DNA of 64,000 nt from Neodothiora populina (lineage: Eukaryota): contig NW_027191419.1 of NCBI RefSeq assembly GCF_041146345.1, forward strand, positions 558,001-622,000, written 5' to 3'. Shown one piece after another: positions 53,317-64,000 of this stretch. Both the position numbers and the translations under genes were made by a program. Position 1 is the stretch's first letter; the number at the start of each line of letters is the position of its first letter. The notes under the pieces were generated by a model. That model worked only from the letters and a program-made list of their open reading frames with translations. It had not been told where the DNA came from and searched no databases.

Positions 53317-56300
53317 TCAAGCTGACTTCGGAGAAACATCGGGAGAGAGTGACATGGTCCTGATACACTCCTCGATGACGCTGCGAAACTCGGCAAGATC
53401 TAGATATCGCAAGTCAGCCTGCGCTGTGGTCTCTTGTCGCAGCTTGGACGAACATACCTGGCTCATTCTTGAACACCATCCTGTAGCTTGTTGTCTTGTC
53501 CGCATCAGGCGGCTTCTCGTTGCTGCCTGTACGCTTCTTGCTTGTCACCGCTTTCATACATCGGCGTTCAAGCACGTCGCCAACTGAAGTACCGCGCAGT
53601 GCAAGCGTGGCTTCCACGCCCTCTGTCTTCTTGAGAATATTGTCCCGGGGCACTAGCATGCAAACATCAGCACTTAGTCGAGAAAGAAAGAAAAAACTCT
53701 TCGTGCGAATGACGTGAGAACTTACGTAGTCCTGACATCCATTTACCCACCCCCGAGTCTTTGTGCAGCCGAAATGTAACAGCTACGTTCCCTCTGCCTC
53801 CTCTTTGCCACAGAAGCATATCCGCAGCATTCAAGTCGTGCCATAGGGTTCTCTTCTCCTTGAGGCTCTTCAGGCGGGCCAGGAAGACAAGTTTCCAGCC
53901 CGTGATGGCTTCTAGGAACTCGAACAACTCATTATCCTTGGCAAAGGTGAAGACTGCTCTTCGTGGTATGCAGACTGCTTCTCGGAACATTCCTTTTCTG
54001 TTCATCGTCTTGGATAAATGCTCGGCATCACTGAGGTAATTTGGCGTGAGAAGCCCGCTTACCACTGCCTGATAGAGCAGGCCTTGTCTGGCGGCTGTTG
54101 TAGTCGCGGGTTTGATGTCACTTTCTAGACGTGTGGCCACACTTAGATCGAGACGCTCAGGGATGCAATACAGCTTTGTTGTCGTTCCTTCACTCAACCT
54201 ACCCACAACTATCATCATATCTTGTTGCCCCTCTTTCAAAGCTTTGAACAGACCGACAAGCTCACCCTCGTTCAATCTCATTTGCTTGTCCGGCCTACGA
54301 GTAGTGCGACCCGAGTCGTAGACATGAGGAGAGCATAGCGCGTGTACCAACGCAAGTGCATTCGTACTAGATGTCGCGGAAGAAGCAATCTTCATCTCGA
54401 TTTTGCTGTTCGGTTTTCTGGCGTCGTAACGCTTACTGTGCGTCTCAACATAATTTATCGTCGGTTCCTGCATATTATGGTTGCAATCAGACCAGGAGAG
54501 CGTGATTGTGCCGTCGTAGAGGCATATGCCTAGATCTGCCAAAGGCAGCCAGTTGGAGTATATGCGCGTTGTTTGTGTTTCGCCGTCCGGGTCAACGATC
54601 ACGAGTCGGCGCGTTGCTTCCCATGCTTTGGAACAGATGCTTCGATAAAGATAAAGTTTCATGGCTCCGCCTTCGATACCAGCCTCTTTGTATAGCGATG
54701 GCTCTCCCTGTCTGATACAATAGCTGAGGAGTCTCGTCTCGATGTCTAGAACCTCGTTTTCCCGGATCCGCCATGGTTGATAATCCGACATGACGGAGTC
54801 CTGTCGGATTAGCATGTCACCACCCAGGCTATATTCCAGTGAAGGATTTCGGTAGGTTGCCATTGAGTTATCTCTGCTGCCATTACTGCTACTGCTTGAG
54901 AACCGGACAGACTCGAATCCACGCATGTTTGGCTGATGCGCAGAAAGACTCAGAGAACGCTTGCGTGCGGCATCTGCCTCCGATTTACGACGATTTGATT
55001 CTGATCCGTAGATCCCTTGCTCTGCCCCAGCGCCAGTACATTCTTCCTGTTGGAGGCTCCTGCGCGGTACGGAAAGCGAGGTCATTAACATCTCACTATC
55101 GGCGCATGAAGCACAAGTGAAGTGTGACGAGGTTTGTCTTATAGCCATCACAACTGAATTTATGTTCGGCCGGTCATGGGGCCGTTTGCTCAACTACACT
55201 ACGTCAGCTGCGTGAAAAAAGCTTGATAGAAGCATATTTTGTCAGATGCAGGAGGACAGTCTGCATACCATCTGAAAAGTCAACGCCTTGAGCTCCAAGT
55301 AATCGTCATGAACACGAAGTCGCTGCAACCATTCCTGTAGTGGGTCACCAGGAGAACCCCGTGGAGAGCCGTTCTCGCCATTGCTTGCATCGACACCGGT
55401 TAAGTAATCGTTCATGTCCTCAAGACTTTGGCCGCCTAGTACAGTGAGCATATCGAGATATACACGACCCAGTGACCAGATGTTAGAGGGCTCGCTATAA
55501 ATGCGAGTCGACTTGACTTCTGGAGCAGCATATGACGAGTTGATGTCAAAGGTCGGCCTGACCTCCAGTGATCTGGTTGACGACAATTCATCGTTCAGTA
55601 CACTGAGATCGCATACAATCACTTGGCCATCCTCTAACAAGATATTCTCCGGGCTCAACGTGTCGAGGCAGAAGTTGTTGGCATGCAGGAACGCCACAGC
55701 ATTGGCCAGACAGCCAAAGTACTCTGGTAGATTCTGAAGGTCGCCTTGAACAACATGGAAACTATTGCGTATTGTGAGCAACGACTTTAAGCTGCTGTTA
55801 GGTGCCGGCGCAAAGAGCACAGAATTGCTCTCGAGGCCTTGATAGGTCCCTACAATTCTGGCAAGATGAGGGTGGCCGACTTTGCGAAGAGCGACAATAT
55901 CTTGCTGGATCCTTCGGGTCCTGAGGTTTCTGCTTCCTCGCTCCCTGCTTTGCCAGAAGCTCTTTCGTATCAATTCTATACCTGTCTGCTTGTTGCGTAC
56001 CAGGTCAAGATCGGAGCAATCTCCATGACTGAAACGTCGCAGCTTGACAAAAGCTTTGTCGTCATTGGATATCCTTTCGTTGGTAAATTCGTGACTACTA
56101 TCAAGCCCATTCGATGATGATTGTGGCTGTACAAGTGTCTGTAGTTTCATGAAGTGCTCACATGCTTTCGAGTTCGAACTCAGGATCATTGGTACACTTG
56201 TCGATGAGAACGGAATGTGAGAGTCATCATACTCACCATCTCGAAAGGCTAGGAAGATCGGATCTGGCTCTTTATAGCCTGACAAGTGCAAGAGGCAGTA

Positions 56301-56572
56301 TAAGCGCGGCCTTGAAACCCATGTTCGCAATTCTGGACATGCTTTCAAAAGGCTGACCACATCTGTGAAGAGCTCGTTCCGTACAACATCTAAAGTGTTC
56401 GGAGAGTTTCCAAGTTGGGGAACAGTGGGAAGAATTTTCACCAGCCGACGTTCTATATCATCGATGCTGAGCTTTCTAAAGTTGGAGAATTCAGTACAAA
56501 GGTGGGAGTGGACGAGGTCCGGCTGGATGATTGGGTATCAATTACTCACTGGGTGTCATCCACTGAAACCAT
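53317..56572 (-). CDS. Kinase-like (probable pseudokinase) domain fused to a large uncharacterised C-terminal region (exons ~56550-56572, 55269-56475, 53726-55193, 53458-53652, 53317-53399)
   Basis: HPHLARIVGTY, YFGCLANAVAFLH, SPENILL, YAAPEV and NIWSLG, plus the spliced RPHDRP subdomain XI. Four GT-AG introns keep the frame. Confidence 0.78.
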
Positions 56573-56808
56573 CCCGCATTTTCCCCGCGAACGTCTTCTG
56601 ATTAATAATTTTTAGGCGAAACACGATGATTTTCGTTTATATGATGTGTATGGTGCGAGTTGTGAACGGATACGGAACTATAGCGAGGAAAACTATGGGA
56701 GTGCCTAGACATAGGAATGATGATCAATCCACCCGTCATGAATGGGAACCTGACTACCTAGGACTCAGCTGGACTTCGTAATGTGCCGTTAATAATGGTC
56801 CATCCTAT

Positions 56809-56910
56809 CTGGGGGTGGCGTACCTACCTGGCCGGCACCGTTCACCCCCGCAGTAAGGCGGCTCCATCTGGGGAACGATCACTTGGGGAACGGCGATGAT
56901 GGACGTGGGG
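56809..56910. promoter_or_regulatory. Cluster of CreA/Mig1-type SYGGRG sites upstream of the sugar porter
   Basis: CTGGGG at 56809, CCCCGC at 56846, CTGGGG at 56868 and GTGGGG at 56905. Confidence 0.45.
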
Positions 56911-57272
56911 TTGGTCGCCAACATCCCGTCCTTCGCCGCAGGCGTCACGAAGGATCGTAGCCCCGTCCATGGTGGTCATGGTGGTCTTCGAGGCCAGACC
57001 TGCAGGGTGTCCCTTTTAGGATAGAAGTCCCACTTGGTCGCCTTGTCTACACATGATGGCTGACTTGACATACAGAATGCGTTGCTCATAGTCTACCCAC
57101 CTGTTCTCCAGTGACTTAAGGCTTATGACTGCAATTGATTGGGGTTGGCATCAGAGCACTGTAGCTAACGAGATCTAGCTTAGTTGGACAATTGTGCTGC
57201 TAAGTTTGCTGGCTTGCTTTTTGAAGCTTAAGGGTATTGAAATATATCCAAGCCTTTGAGCCTTGAGGACGA

Positions 57273-59663
57273 CATGGACAGCGACTCCAAGCTAGAACCT
57301 CGAAGGCGTGTGCCAAGCGTGACATCGCTCAGAGATAAATCACTCGATCAGCCCGCCGATTGCTACATTTCGGTGCCCTTTCAAGATTGGGATGAGAATC
57401 GCATGATCACAGAAATTGAAATCTTCATCGAGGAAGGCGAGCTCGAGGATTACGCCGACTACATCAGGCGCGGTGCTCTTTTGAATTATGATCGCAATAT
57501 CTTCTCACATGAGAGACATGACCTTATGAAGCTCAAGCCGATTGAGCAGCGGTATCTGAACCTGGAATACAGCCCGAAACGCCTCGATAAATTTCGCCAA
57601 GCAAGCGGACTCTACATCTTGGTAGCATTATGCTCGGTCGGTGCTGCAGGTAGGACCTTGTATCCACACATCAGATTTCCATGACTCTGACACAGTGTGA
57701 ACATAGTCCAGGGCTGGGACGAGTCTGCTGTGAACGGCGGTAAGTACTTCGATCTACATCTCCCCTTATGAACTTGTGCTGAGATCGATCGATGTAGCTC
57801 AAGTATATTATCGTCACGCTCTCGGAATTAGTAGCCGTAATGTTGGTTTGGTCAACAGTGCCCCGTATCTATGCTGTGCTGCTAGTTGTCTTCTGACATT
57901 CCCCCTGAACAAATATCTCGGTCGTAGGGGCGTCATCTTCCTGACCAGCCTAATCTCATGCGTCACCTGCATAGCTCAAGCATTCCCACAGTCCTGGGAG
58001 ACATTATTCCTTGCTCGCTTTCTCTTGGGCTTTGGGTAAGACGTATTCCTTTCAGCTTCAAGTATCAGCACATACCATTAATTAACAATTCTCAATGCAG
58101 CATTGGACCAAAGAGTGCAACCATACCAATCTATGCAGCTGAATGTTGCCCGTCTAACATTAGAGGAGGGCTGGTAATGTTCTGGCAGCTATGGACTGCC
58201 GCGGTAGGCCAAGAATTGATGCGCTTCCTGGTTCGAAAATACCATTCTGACTTGGCCAGGGAATCATGTGCGGCTATATAGCCGGTGTTGCCTTGCAGAA
58301 CGCAAACGCCGGCACAGTAGTGCTTGGAAGTGGAGATAGCACACTCACATGCGATAATGGAGCCAGCGATCTGAGGAGCCTCAGATGTAGTCTCAACTGG
58401 CGACTGATGCTCGCCAGTCCGGGCCTTCTTCCTATAGTTGTGGTCCTTTACATCTATACTCAACCAGAATCACCTCGCTGGCTACTACGTCAAGCACATC
58501 TTGGTAGCCGCCAGTACTACGAGAAGGCCTTCCTTGCACTATGCCGGCTACGACACACCAAGCTACAAGCTGCACGGGACCTTTTTCTTATCAACTACCA
58601 GATCAAAGAAGAAGAAAGGATTCGCAGTGTTCAGAAACCATTCTGGGAGCTATTCACTACACCTCGCAATCGACGAGCAATGATCGCCAGCGTCACTTGC
58701 ATGTTTTTCCAGCAATTCTGCGGCGTCAACGTGTTGGCTTACTACTCGACGTCCGTCCTCCTTAACGCCAACTTCTCGATCAGCTCTGCTTTGCTAGCAT
58801 CCACAGGGTTTGGCATCATCAACTTCCTTTTCGGACTGCCTGCCTTGTGGCTGATCGACTCATTCGGAAGAAGAAGTCTGCTACTGGCTACGTTCCCATT
58901 CATGGCCTTATTTCAGCTATTCATAGCAGTTGCATTTGCTGCTACGGGCGGCAACAAGACTAGTAACGAGAGCAATACGACACAAACGACACTAGTGTTA
59001 CTGGGAATGTATCTCTTCGCCGTCGCTTATAGTCCCGGTGAAGGCCCAGTTCCATTTGTGAGTCAAGTACTTTGTCCTACCTATCACATGCATATTAACA
59101 TTCATCAGGTCTATAGTGCAGAGAGTATGCCAATCTACAACCGTGACATCGGCATGGGTTTAGTGACGGCAGTTACCTGGTTCGCTTTTCCCAATACAAG
59201 ATCAAAATATGTATGAGCTAACCAGCGATATCAAGGTTTTTCAACTTCCTCCTATCAATCACCTGGCCGTCCTTCGTCGATGCCTTTGGCTGGTCCGGCG
59301 CCTTCGGATGGTACGCCGCCTGGTGTGTGATAGGCGAGATAGTGATACTGCTGTACACCACCCCATCTGCAAAAGCCCTATTCCCAAGTCCGACCAAACA
59401 AGCTAACAAGTATGACCAGCGTCGTCCCCGAAACACGCAACCTGTCCCTCGAGCAACTCGCCGAAGTCTTCAGCATCTCGTCTCGCAAGCACGCCTTATT
59501 CGGTCTTCGCGAGGCATCGTGGTTCGTCCGTCACTATATCCTGCGACAGAAGGATCTCAAGAAGCCGATACTTTTTCATATGAATGAGCAGGTCTCTAGG
59601 GAGGGCGAATTGGAGGATGTGGATTATCATGGGGGTGTGCATAGGACTTTTTCGATTCATTGA
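57273..59663 (+). CDS. MFS sugar porter (polyol/myo-inositol transporter-like), 8 exons; start uncertain
   Basis: [90 protein letters not shown] and [12 protein letters not shown]. Seven GT-AG introns keep the frame. Confidence 0.92.
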
Positions 59664-60812
59664 GGGGGAGGACGGCGTGTAGGATTTCTCGTGAAGATCT
59701 AGGTTTTGTCTTTCTATCCCTTACAAGATACATGTCGCACTGGAGTATTCTCCACATCGCACACTCACAAGTGAGATACTTCGTCAGTCGATCTCAAGGA
59801 ACCAATGAACACATGTCATACAGCAAGATTGTCACTATCAAGCAGGGTGGTAGAAAGTTTTCCGAAGTGATGGATATCAAATCAATGTTCTCATTTACTT
59901 CCTCTCAGAGAAAGCTACTTCGACAAGAAAACAGAACCGACAGTCCCAACTCGAAGGGGCTCACACGAAGGAGTAGTAACCCCTGCCTTGAATGGCCTCC
60001 CTCCTTCCCAGATCTAAATTGTAGACACCGTTCCCCGGTCCTCCTCTGGTAATTCCAGGTAAAAGGACGATATAAAAAGCAGGGCAATACAAGCAATGAT
60101 AAAATCAAAAGCAATACAGTGTTTTCTATAAGTCGCGCGCGATGAATTGCCGTGTCGTTCGAATGATGACGCGAATGAACGGCAACGGAAGAATGGGAAT
60201 CGAAATCAGGCAGCGAAAAACAAGCGAGAAAATGCGAAAACAAAAAAACACACGCTTCCATTTTTTGCCTTTCTATGATGTGAAGCACGCCCAATTCTTC
60301 TCCTTCTTGTTGGCTCCTTTTTGTCCTGATGATGAACCGTTCGGGAGAGAAAAACATTAAGAAATTCGTCATCGACGTAGCCGAAGTTCGGCTTATATCC
60401 CCTTGGGTATTGACGCTGGTGCGCACTCGAAGCAAAGCGCTGGTCTTGCCCGACTCTTCGTTGGGTTTTTTCTTTCGATGGAACCAGTCTGGCAAACTTG
60501 CGCGTTCTTCGGACTTTTACCCCTTGCATCTAGAGAAAAGACGCGCGCGGATGGGGGCTAAGTATGTATTATGATACAAGCTCGTGTCTCGAAAGCTGAT
60601 CGCAAGTCGAGTCATTCGAGGAAGGGAGGCGGTACGCCATGCCGGAGAGCGGCCCTGTATGCCTGCTCTTATAGTGGCTGTTACGAAGCCTAGGTCTAGA
60701 CGTACGCGCGGGGGGGGGGGGACCGAATGTGTTCAATGGCCCGAAGCGTCGAATGTGAAGACGAATGCGACGGTCCGGTGAAGAGACCGAAGTTTTGAGG
60801 GCATCAATGCAT

Positions 60813-62053
60813 CTAGGAGCCTTGAGTACCGAATTGTGCCTTCCATGAGCCTGTTGTGCAGATTGTCAGTACTATTTCCCTAGATCTAGAAAGCCCTCAC
60901 ATTGTAACATACCTTCAAAGTTGTGCTTGACGAAAGCCATAGGGTCATCGTCCTCGCCGGCGCCCATCTGGCCAACGCCAGGGCTGAAACTTGTGATCGG
61001 TAACACTACGACATCGCCAACCTTCTTGGCCTGGGTGATGCCAGTAAAGTGCTCCCACGTGATGTTGCCCTTGCTCGTGCTCATGTCGAAGTATTCGGGA
61101 TCGTTGAAGAAACGAAAGACAGAGTCGGTCCAGATGGCGGGTCCAGTGAACTCGACGACACTCTTGGCAAGGTGAGCCTTGGTCAATGTACCCGCAGCCT
61201 TCTGCTTGAGGGTCTCCTCGGTGATGACAGACACAATGTCGCGTAGCACGGGGTGTCCGGGCTTGCTCTGGATGGTCCACTGGCAGAATTGGACCCGGCG
61301 CGAGTACCAGTCGTGCCAATCGGGACGGTCAGGGTCAGCCTCGATGCCAATGACCAGACCATACGAGGAGCGAGGCACGTCGGCGGGGACCCATTCAGTG
61401 GCTGGCTTTAGAGCTGCGGTGTCAATGTCCGAGTAGATACCACCCCTCGCCAGCAAGATCAGGTATCGGAAGAAATCAGCTTTCAGGACGGGGGCAGGCA
61501 GAGCGTTGTAGGCCTCGAAGACCTCGGGAACGCCGGCGTAAAGATGACGGATCAAGTGGACAGCGACGGCATCAGTGATGACCTCGTGGACAAAGGTCGG
61601 GTGCATCTCAGTCCACGAAGCCTCATAAGGTCGGAAGTCCTCGTTGAAGTCACCTGAAGCGGGAGTGACTTTCCATGTCTGCCATACGTATGCGGGAAAT
61701 TTCGACTCAGGGTCGTATGGAAATTGGTATGCGAGTTGTTGCTTCAGAGGCTTTGCGCGTAAATCCTCGAGAGAGATTTGAGGACGAGGCTTCTTGTATG
61801 AGACAGGCTTAGCCTTCTCGGCGGGAGCCTCGAGTGCTGCTGTTGCGGCTGCCGCTGCCGCTGCCACCTCCTCCTCGGTGACGATCGGCGGCGGTGCTGT
61901 CTCTTGGAGTTTTTTATTGTCGCTGTAGCTACCCGTCGGCTTGGGTGAATTGGCGGGTAGCAGAGTGGTAGACGACGAGTGTGAGTTCTTCAGGACGAAG
62001 AAGAAAGTCAAGACCAGCGCCGCCGTGAGCAGCGCGCGTTTGAAAGTAAACAT
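60813..62053 (-). CDS. OCH1: Initiation-specific alpha-1,6-mannosyltransferase (GT32), Och1; last intron ~60851-60912
   Basis: N-terminal signal anchor, LAYQFPYD..FPAYVWQTWK, LKADFFRYLILLARGGIYSDIDT (DxD), IGIEADPDRPDWHDWYSRR, VLPITSFSPG and spliced HNFEGSWK. Confidence 0.93.
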
Positions 62054-64000
62054 GGTCAGAGACAATCAAAGAAAAAGAATAAAGAGGAAGCGCAGGTCTA
62101 GGACGAGAGAACTGCCAATCGTTTTTCTGTAGGTATTATAGATGACAGGAAACTGTGTCAAGGGGGACCAGCGAAGAACGGTGAAACAACGCTGATAAGT
62201 CCGTTCAAGATACAACAGTATGTACCGTAAGGTGAGCAAAGGTACAAGTATGGTAGTACAGAGATACAAAGACATCCACAGAATGCAGAAGGAATCGGGC
62301 AGGGTGCAGTCGAGTATATGAGCAAAATCCACTACCATCAACGCATACGCAACAAGCTTCCACGCGCATATTACTTTAGAACGCTTTTGTATGGAACATG
62401 GGGATCACCACGGCCGAAAAGTGGGTCCACAGATGCGACTTGACTGCCACACTGCGCTATAATCCCCGCCTCTCGGACTGGTGATTGAATCGAGTGCTCG
62501 ATTGATTGATCGGAGGTTCGTAGGCTGTGAGCAAAGCAAAAATCGCATAAGCCATGCCATACAAGGACAACCCTCGGCCGCACGCAACCAAGGCAGATGC
62601 GACTGTGACATATGGCTATTGCTACTGTGGACTATTTTAATCTCTGTCTCTCGTACACCAACGGTTCTGTGGCGCTGTCTACCGAGCCTTGGAGTTCGTA
62701 GCAAAAGACAAAGCAGCCGCCACCGCTTTCCCGTTTGCTTTGGCGTGAGATCGCGATGGCCAATGTCTTATCCTTACTGTAGGCCTTACAATATCTTACC
62801 TTACCTTACTTTACCTTTTACGCAAGGCTCTTCTCGCTTTCAACAGGTTGTTAATCTCAGAAAAAAGGCGTTGCAGGAGGCACGGTCCACTTTTCCTTTC
62901 CCTCACCTCAGATCAAAGCACACCAGCTTTCGTCGTTAGCGGCTCGTCAAAGCCAACATCGACCTTACCAGATGATCTACCCTGTCCGACTACAGTACAC
63001 CTTATCTTTCACTCGCTTGAACGCCAGCTTGCAAAGCTGAGCAGGGATACATATGTTGCAAGGTGGTAAGCTTCGTATATATAAATAATCCTCGTACCTC
63101 CTTCGGTACAGCCAGCCATTCCTCGAAAGGATCGTTAAAATGGCAAGGCGGCGCGGGCTGTACAGTGGACGTGAGAAAGACAACAACATCCGCAGGTGGA
63201 CGCTAGTCCCAAACGAACTAGAGTTCCGGCGACATGCCTCTGGCTAATAGTAGCCGCGATGACGACTGCCTTTAGGCCCAGCCCTAGTGAGCCCCTTGCT
63301 CGTGTTTCGCATCACCTTCTTCTTCTACTAGACAAGCATTCTCGTGTTGTTATTGTTGTTGACATGCAGCGGGACAACGGCTTCCTGATCGCTGGTTGGG
63401 TTTTTGAAACATGTTCCGATTATCTGGTAGTGAACGAATCTCGCTTTCTCTTCTTCTAATCGTTCGACAAAAATATGCCTTAAACACGAATGAATATGCT
63501 TTTAATTATTCGCGCAGTCAAGTGAGACGCACTTTTTCACTTCTCAACGTGCGTTGAAAGCGTGATCAGGTTTATTTTGCTTATCGCCCGCCTAAGCTAA
63601 GCCCTGCATGAAAAGTCGAAGCATTTGACACTTTGTTGAGCAGAAGCTGCCCTCGGGGCAGACCATGAGCTGATCCCATCGACTTTACAATCTTTCAGCC
63701 TTCTTTCTCTTTGCCGTCCCTCTCCAATTCGCCATTCCGCTCATCGATCGCGCACCTTCCCCTAGTCAGGCGTAATATCTCCCTGGCAATGAGGATTGGC
63801 ACACGGCATACTGACTCGAAGGCGTGACTACTGCCACTTTGTGTCGAGCAACATCAGTGCATCTTCCCTCCTCCTCGGTTGATAATATTTATTTCTTGGC
63901 CTGATCGTCCATTGTAACGAGCATACGCGTCCACCACGACCTCCGCGCCTCGCCTCTCTTCGAGCGACGCCGCTTCCTGAGTGGATAATCGCCCACAGAC

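Noticed and set aside
56820..56835. TACCTACCTGG resembling the U1 snRNA 5' end
   Set aside because: It mismatches ATACTTACCTG, and no ATTGCAC loop or Sm site follows.
59905..60529. Minus-strand ORFs downstream of OCH1 as an alternative last exon or separate gene
   Set aside because: The proximal exon already supplies the conserved EGSWK end, and these ORFs look like 3' UTR translations.

Overview
Eukaryotic, intron-containing DNA from a filamentous ascomycete (Pezizomycotina; a Dothideomycete is a guess). It is a gene-dense, mostly housekeeping segment, and 18 protein-coding genes could be reconstructed by hand. In order: an uncharacterised twin-domain fungal protein, an Aro80-like Zn2Cys6 factor divergent from a D-2-hydroxyacid dehydrogenase, a very large USP24/34-like deubiquitinase, an NAD-dependent epimerase, a BAH-PHD reader of the EPR-1/BP1 type, a Skg3/Caf120-like PH protein, RRN3, a small Gly-rich protein, a Kic1/Nak1/POD6 GC kinase, SIN3, mitochondrial RRF, a COQ11-like SDR, YAF9, SMC3, a pseudokinase fusion, a sugar porter and OCH1. 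I found no transposon, tRNA, rRNA or CRISPR, and I cannot support a clearly new multi-gene system. The best leads are the catalytically dead kinase fusion, the duplicated unknown domain with a stop-containing linker intron, repeated R-x-T-x-[DE]-W motifs in the GC kinase tail, a possible unannotated spliced transcript near 17 kb, and several splicing or regulatory oddities. All family calls come from motif recognition; no database search was run.
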